Below, in pieces: positions 60,110-64,000 of a stretch of DNA of 64,000 bases. Numbering within the stretch: position 1 is the first letter of the stretch; each line of letters begins with the position of its first letter. This DNA comes from Candidatus Bathyarchaeia archaeon (GTDB lineage: Archaea; Thermoproteota; Bathyarchaeia; Bathyarchaeales; Bathycorpusculaceae). The translations under genes and the position numbers were made by a program. The notes beneath the pieces were generated by a model. That model worked only from the letters and a program-made list of their open reading frames with translations, made no database searches and was not told the DNA's origin. Where the stretch lies: the NCBI GenBank assembly GCA_050010755.1, contig JBEKKK010000004.1, positions 32,001 to 96,000 of the forward strand, read 5' to 3'.

Positions 60110-60856
60110 TCATTCGTTTAAATTGGGTTGGCCTACAACGCTGAGGTATAGTACACTCTCTTCTATCCCGTCTACTCCGATGATTTGGTTGATTTCATCA
60201 TCAAAGAAAGCGCCGATTTGGCAAGACCCCAAGCCGATACTTGTTGCAGATAATGCAAGGTTCTGTGCGATGTGCCCAGCGTCCAAATAAACGTATCTGT
60301 AAGCTCGTTGTGCGTATTTCCATTTGGACCTTGCAAAAATGGCCGTCCAAATCAATACAACTGGCGCTTCAATACACATTTCCTGTCCTAAAGCTGCGTG
60401 AGCAATTTTTCCTGAAAAACTTCCGCCTTTCAATTCTTCCAGTGAATGCGCTTGTATGTTGTAATGGTACAAACCCTTTTCCAAATCTTCCACGTTGTTG
60501 ACAATAAGGTAGGTTTCGATTGGGTATAGTGCTCCGGCAGATGGAACTGTGCGGAATTCGTAGCCTTGATCCTTTCTCTGAATACCTGTTGAAGCCCATA
60601 GAAGAAAAGATAGGTTAGCGATGGATAACGGCGCATGTGAGAAGGAACGTACGCTTTTGCGTTTTTTCAACACCTCAACTAAGGGAAGAGATTTGCTTGG
60701 AAATTCTGCGGAAAGCGGAATCTGCAGGGCAGACGGATATTTCTTGTAAGTACCCGGCTTGTTTGCCCAGTCTAAATGGCCACCGAGAAGTCTCTCCCTC
60801 CGGTGTTTTGTGCTCATCTGGAACTCATCTCCAATACCAGCGGACATTATTCTCAC
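60110..60856 (-). CDS. SagB/ThcOx-type nitroreductase family protein
   Basis: RKSVRSF, RTVPSAGALYP.E, DAGHIAQN..L, IGAF.D. Confidence 0.9.
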   Translation of the reverse strand: MRIMSAGIGDEFQMSTKHRRERLLGGHLDWANKPGTYKKYPSALQIPLSAEFPSKSLPLVEVLKKRKSVRSFSHAPLSIANLSFLLWASTGIQRKDQGYEFRTVPSAGALYPIETYLIVNNVEDLEKGLYHYNIQAHSLEELKGGSFSGKIAHAALGQEMCIEAPVVLIWTAIFARSKWKYAQRAYRYVYLDAGHIAQNLALSATSIGLGSCQIGAFFDDEINQIIGVDGIEESVLYLSVVGQPNLNE

Positions 60857-61163
60857 CTATCTGAGCCGAACTCCTCTCCAATATTTTAACTGATTGCACT
60901 TAAAAGGGCAGAAAAAAGACAGGTTGTTGCTTGCAGGAACATTATACTGTGATCAGTTTGCGTTCCTATAGCACGAAAAGCCGAACTAAAAGCACTATGA
61001 TCCTTCGTTACAGCGGACACTTCTACAGGGTCTTCAAAGTGGGGCGCCCGCCCTCTATTTAGCATTTGTTAGAAAAGTTGGGTGTTACACACGCCCTGCC
61101 TGTACAGGAAGAATTGTAAAGCGTAACAAGTCACTTTGCGCGCTTTTGGTTTGTTGAGGGCAT

Positions 61164-62015
61164 TCACAGTCCTAGGGCTAAGTAGAGCAGGCCGCTGGCG
61201 ATTGCTATTGTTCCAAGCGCGGCTGTTAGGTAGGTTATTTTTTGTTTTCCAGCGACTTTGATTAGGAAGTCGATTAGGAGTAAGCTGATTATGGTTGATG
61301 TGATTATCGCTAGGACTAACCCTGTCAGACCTATTTTGGCTATTGAGGCGGCTACGTTTGATTCTGTGGCCACAATGGTTAGTCCGAAGGCTGCCAACGC
61401 GGCGAAGATTCCTGCGATGAAAGACAGTTTGAAAGCTTCGTCAGGTTCAACGTTTAACAGCAGCATAGTGCTGGTCGTGATTCCTGACCTGCTGACCCCA
61501 GGCAGCGCCGATATGCCTTGTGTGACTCCTATCAACACGTAGTCTTTGAAGGTTAGGTTTTCCAGTTTTCTCGGGACTATGCCCTTCTCTCGCCTTTTTT
61601 TAGAGTATCTTATGAGGGCCGCGTCGGCTAAGAGGACGAAACCTATGATCAGCATGGGTATGCCCACGGCAATTTCGGGTATCGAATCTGCGATGAGGTA
61701 CAGTGGGGCGCCGATCACACCGGTGAATACGGTGACGAAGAAGACGTAAGTGAACAGTTTTCTTTGCTTCTTATCCTTCGAGCCCAGAATGACTTGTATT
61801 AACTCGGCCAACTCTTTTCTGAAGTATATTACTGCGGCAGCCATTGTGCCTATTTCCATGAACAAGCCGAAAGTGTATGCTTGCTGAAACGAAAGCTTCA
61901 GAAGAATAGTTGAGGAGACAATTATCTGCGTCTTGCTGCTTATGGGAAGCCACTCTGAAACGCCCTGGATTATCCCTATTATTATGGAATAGAGCAACTG
62001 AATAAGAGTGGACAA
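61164..62015 (-). CDS. uppP: Undecaprenyl-diphosphatase (BacA/UppP family)
   Basis: GIIQGVSEWLPISS, QG...LPGVSRSG.T. Confidence 0.9.
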   Translation of the reverse strand: MSTLIQLLYSIIIGIIQGVSEWLPISSKTQIIVSSTILLKLSFQQAYTFGLFMEIGTMAAAVIYFRKELAELIQVILGSKDKKQRKLFTYVFFVTVFTGVIGAPLYLIADSIPEIAVGIPMLIIGFVLLADAALIRYSKKRREKGIVPRKLENLTFKDYVLIGVTQGISALPGVSRSGITTSTMLLLNVEPDEAFKLSFIAGIFAALAAFGLTIVATESNVAASIAKIGLTGLVLAIITSTIISLLLIDFLIKVAGKQKITYLTAALGTIAIASGLLYLALGL

Positions 62016-62150
62016 AGACCTAATCAGCTCAGAGAGATTAAACTAGGAACTTAAAACGAAAAATATAAGCATTTAGCGAATAAACCGCCCAGTGCGCGTG
62101 TGACACGAAAGCTTTTAGTTGCACTTACTCTGTTGTTCCCTTGTGAGAAA

Positions 62151-62678
62151 ATGAGCAGTGTTGATTCGATTCTCAGCATCAACGATCTAGTGTTGAAGAA
62201 GAAGATACTCTCTATGCGTGAGCACTATGACCTAGAAGATAAGAATGGGACAAAACTCGCAGAGGCAGATGGCAACCTCTTTCAATTTCCCGCCAAGTTT
62301 GTGGTCACTGATACCAACGGTTCAGAGTTGATGCGCCTCGACGGGAAGATGCTATCGCTCAGAAAAGAATTCACGTTCTATGACAATACTGGAAAGGAAC
62401 TGGGAACCATAAAGAAGAAGCTTGCCAAGCTGATCGGGCAAGAGTATTGGGTGGAAAAGGACGGCGTGGAGTTCATGCGCGTCTTCGGGAACTTCTCGGA
62501 CCATGACTACCGGATACAGGTCAACGGGGCCGACGTTGCCTCTGTGCACAAGAATTGGTTCTCGGTGCGAGATCAGCTTGGAATTTCGATAACAGGCGAA
62601 GTTGACCACCGAGTGGTGGTCGGAGCGGTGGTAGTGATAGAACACATTGAAGTTACAGAAAAGGAGCACCAGCACTAG
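62151..62678 (+). CDS. LURP-one-related / scramblase-like (Tubby C 2) protein
   Basis: KKKILSMR..Y...D.NG, GNF.DHDY, VA.VHK.WFS.RD. Confidence 0.82.
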   Translation: MSSVDSILSINDLVLKKKILSMREHYDLEDKNGTKLAEADGNLFQFPAKFVVTDTNGSELMRLDGKMLSLRKEFTFYDNTGKELGTIKKKLAKLIGQEYWVEKDGVEFMRVFGNFSDHDYRIQVNGADVASVHKNWFSVRDQLGISITGEVDHRVVVGAVVVIEHIEVTEKEHQH

Positions 62679-63237
62679 ACCATAACAAAACTGGCGCGCG
62701 CCGCATATTATACATGTAGCTCCATGGCCTACCCCCACCGTAATACCGACCCTAATTAAACTGAGCCCCAAGTTGTATTCTGTGGCTTCGAAAATTTCGG
62801 GGAATATCTTCGGAGTCAGCTTTTGCAATCGTGAGTTCCTTAATTCCATTTCTGAAATTCTGAACGCGCGCGCTAAATCTTTAATAAGTTACAAATCTCT
62901 ATTGCCATTGAGTTGTTGGGATGGCCGCACAGCTGACTCTTCTAGGCTTACAATTGCTCTATTACAGAATGCTTCTTCAATACTACCATTTCTTGGTGCG
63001 AATAGGCGCATCGGAAAGGATTCTAGCAGGCGTTCGAGCCAAGCTAGCGAAGAAAGGCATGTTCGGCGCAGTAGGAATCTGAAATTTTCTCTTGGTGCTC
63101 AGCAACAACTCGTAGCGCGCGCACATATCGTTGGCCCCAAGCGGAGAGTAAATTTGCAGATTGCGCCGTTATTCAGCAATTCCAATTGAATTAGAGCCTG
63201 AATCGGCAAGAGTATCCTACGTTCCATACCCAAATGG

Positions 63238-63336
63238 TGGCGGGCCCGCCGGGAATTGAACCCGGGACCCCCGGATTTCCATGCTTAGCACAGAGCTTAA
63301 AAGTCCGGTGCTCTGTCCTTACTGAGCTACGGGCCC
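63238..63336 (-). tRNA. tRNA-Lys(TTT) with a 21-nt canonical 37/38 intron (63277-63297); followed by CCACCA
   Basis: CCGGA-CTTTTA^intron^A-TCCGG; GGGCCCG acceptor; relaxed BHB with one U-U mismatch. Confidence 0.85.
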
Positions 63337-63708
63337 TTTTTCGCTGGGTTAGGTCTAGAGTTGAGGATAAGGTGTTTTTTAGTGTTTCTATCGATTGATC
63401 TGAAATCAAGTCTTGGCTGGAATTGAGCCTTAAAGGAATAATGACTGAACTCTTGAATTTCATTTTCAGGGTGGCGTATATTCTCTCGGCCATTCTTGCA
63501 AAGTGGCATACGCAATGGAAAGTTTTCAATTATTTGCTGGAGATTTTGCATTTTTTAACGCATTGAAATGTGATTGAAGGTTTCGGTTTTTAAAGGTCAG
63601 TCTCCTGTGGAGTTGAAGAAACTGCAGAAACTAACAGTCGGAGATATACCTGCATGTTAACAAAGATTATCTGCTTCTTTCAGGGTAACCAGTTGCTCGG
63701 TGCAAAAA

Positions 63709-64000
63709 TTGATATCATGGAAACACTCATTCAGCAGGTTGAACGAAGAATACGAGCTAGCGAACAAAAAGAAACAAGCTTTGAGCAGTTTACTGGAAAC
63801 CGGCAAGATTTCAGAGACAACGCATAGCCTTTTCGCACGTGAGATAGACGAAGCCGTTGCAGAAATTGACTGCCAACGCAAAGCTTTGCTGGGAAAAATG
63901 TCCTCTAAGGCAATGGAACTCCAAGAACAGATTAGGACGTTGGAAATTCTTCTCGCAAACCTCGAGATTCAACACGTGACCGACGAAGTGGACGACGAAA
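63709..64000 (+). CDS. CdvA-like coiled-coil protein (3' truncated by window edge; not in ORF track)
   Basis: TTG start; MISWKHSFSRLNEEYELANKKKQALSSLLETGKISETT...LEILLANLEIQHVTDEVDDE resembles the CdvA helical region. Confidence 0.7.
   Translation, partial: MISWKHSFSRLNEEYELANKKKQALSSLLETGKISETTHSLFAREIDEAVAEIDCQRKALLGKMSSKAMELQEQIRTLEILLANLEIQHVTDEVDDE

Noticed and set aside
60110-60856. SagB-like gene as part of a RiPP (TOMM) cluster
   Set aside because: No YcaO cyclodehydratase or precursor peptide nearby; stand-alone SagB-type nitroreductases are common in archaea
63191-63529. ORFs spanning tRNA genes (also 26237-26437, 30099-30446, 31344-31614)
   Set aside because: They are explained by the underlying tRNAs
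1-64000. CRISPR array, rRNA, integrase or transposase
   Set aside because: No regularly spaced repeats, rRNA-like sequence or recognisable recombinase motifs were seen

Overview
Archaeal chromosomal window, most consistent with Bathyarchaeia/TACK. Supporting signs are type IB topoisomerase, a CdvA-like coiled coil, DUF3227/NitrOD5-like domains, dockerin-tailed surface proteins and BHB-intron tRNAs. Core content: LipS1/LipS2 lipoyl synthase pair, CoA-transferase A/B, a nearly complete archaeal CoA biosynthesis operon (PoK-PPS-PanE-PanB-MfnA/ADC-CoaBC-PPAT), RibK/RibL, Dph5, deoxyhypusine synthase, DinB, PyrH, AlkA, Rio2, LSm and six tRNAs. Three tRNAs carry introns; two introns are at non-canonical positions and tRNA-Tyr has two. 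Most worth follow-up: (i) four divergent paralogous proteins with a beta-hairpin N-terminus and a winged helix, beside a stand-alone NurA-HerA pair; (ii) an HEXXH protease-TopoIB-PNGase-like gene run; (iii) a cohesin/dockerin-like surface system; (iv) a divergent aconitase X operon with a 2-hydroxyacid dehydrogenase; (v) marked intergenic enrichment of (CG)n tracts; (vi) a TIGR04076-like pseudogene split by a ~260-bp insert. No CRISPR array, rRNA, integrase or transposase was seen. All family calls come from motif recognition by eye, not from database searches.
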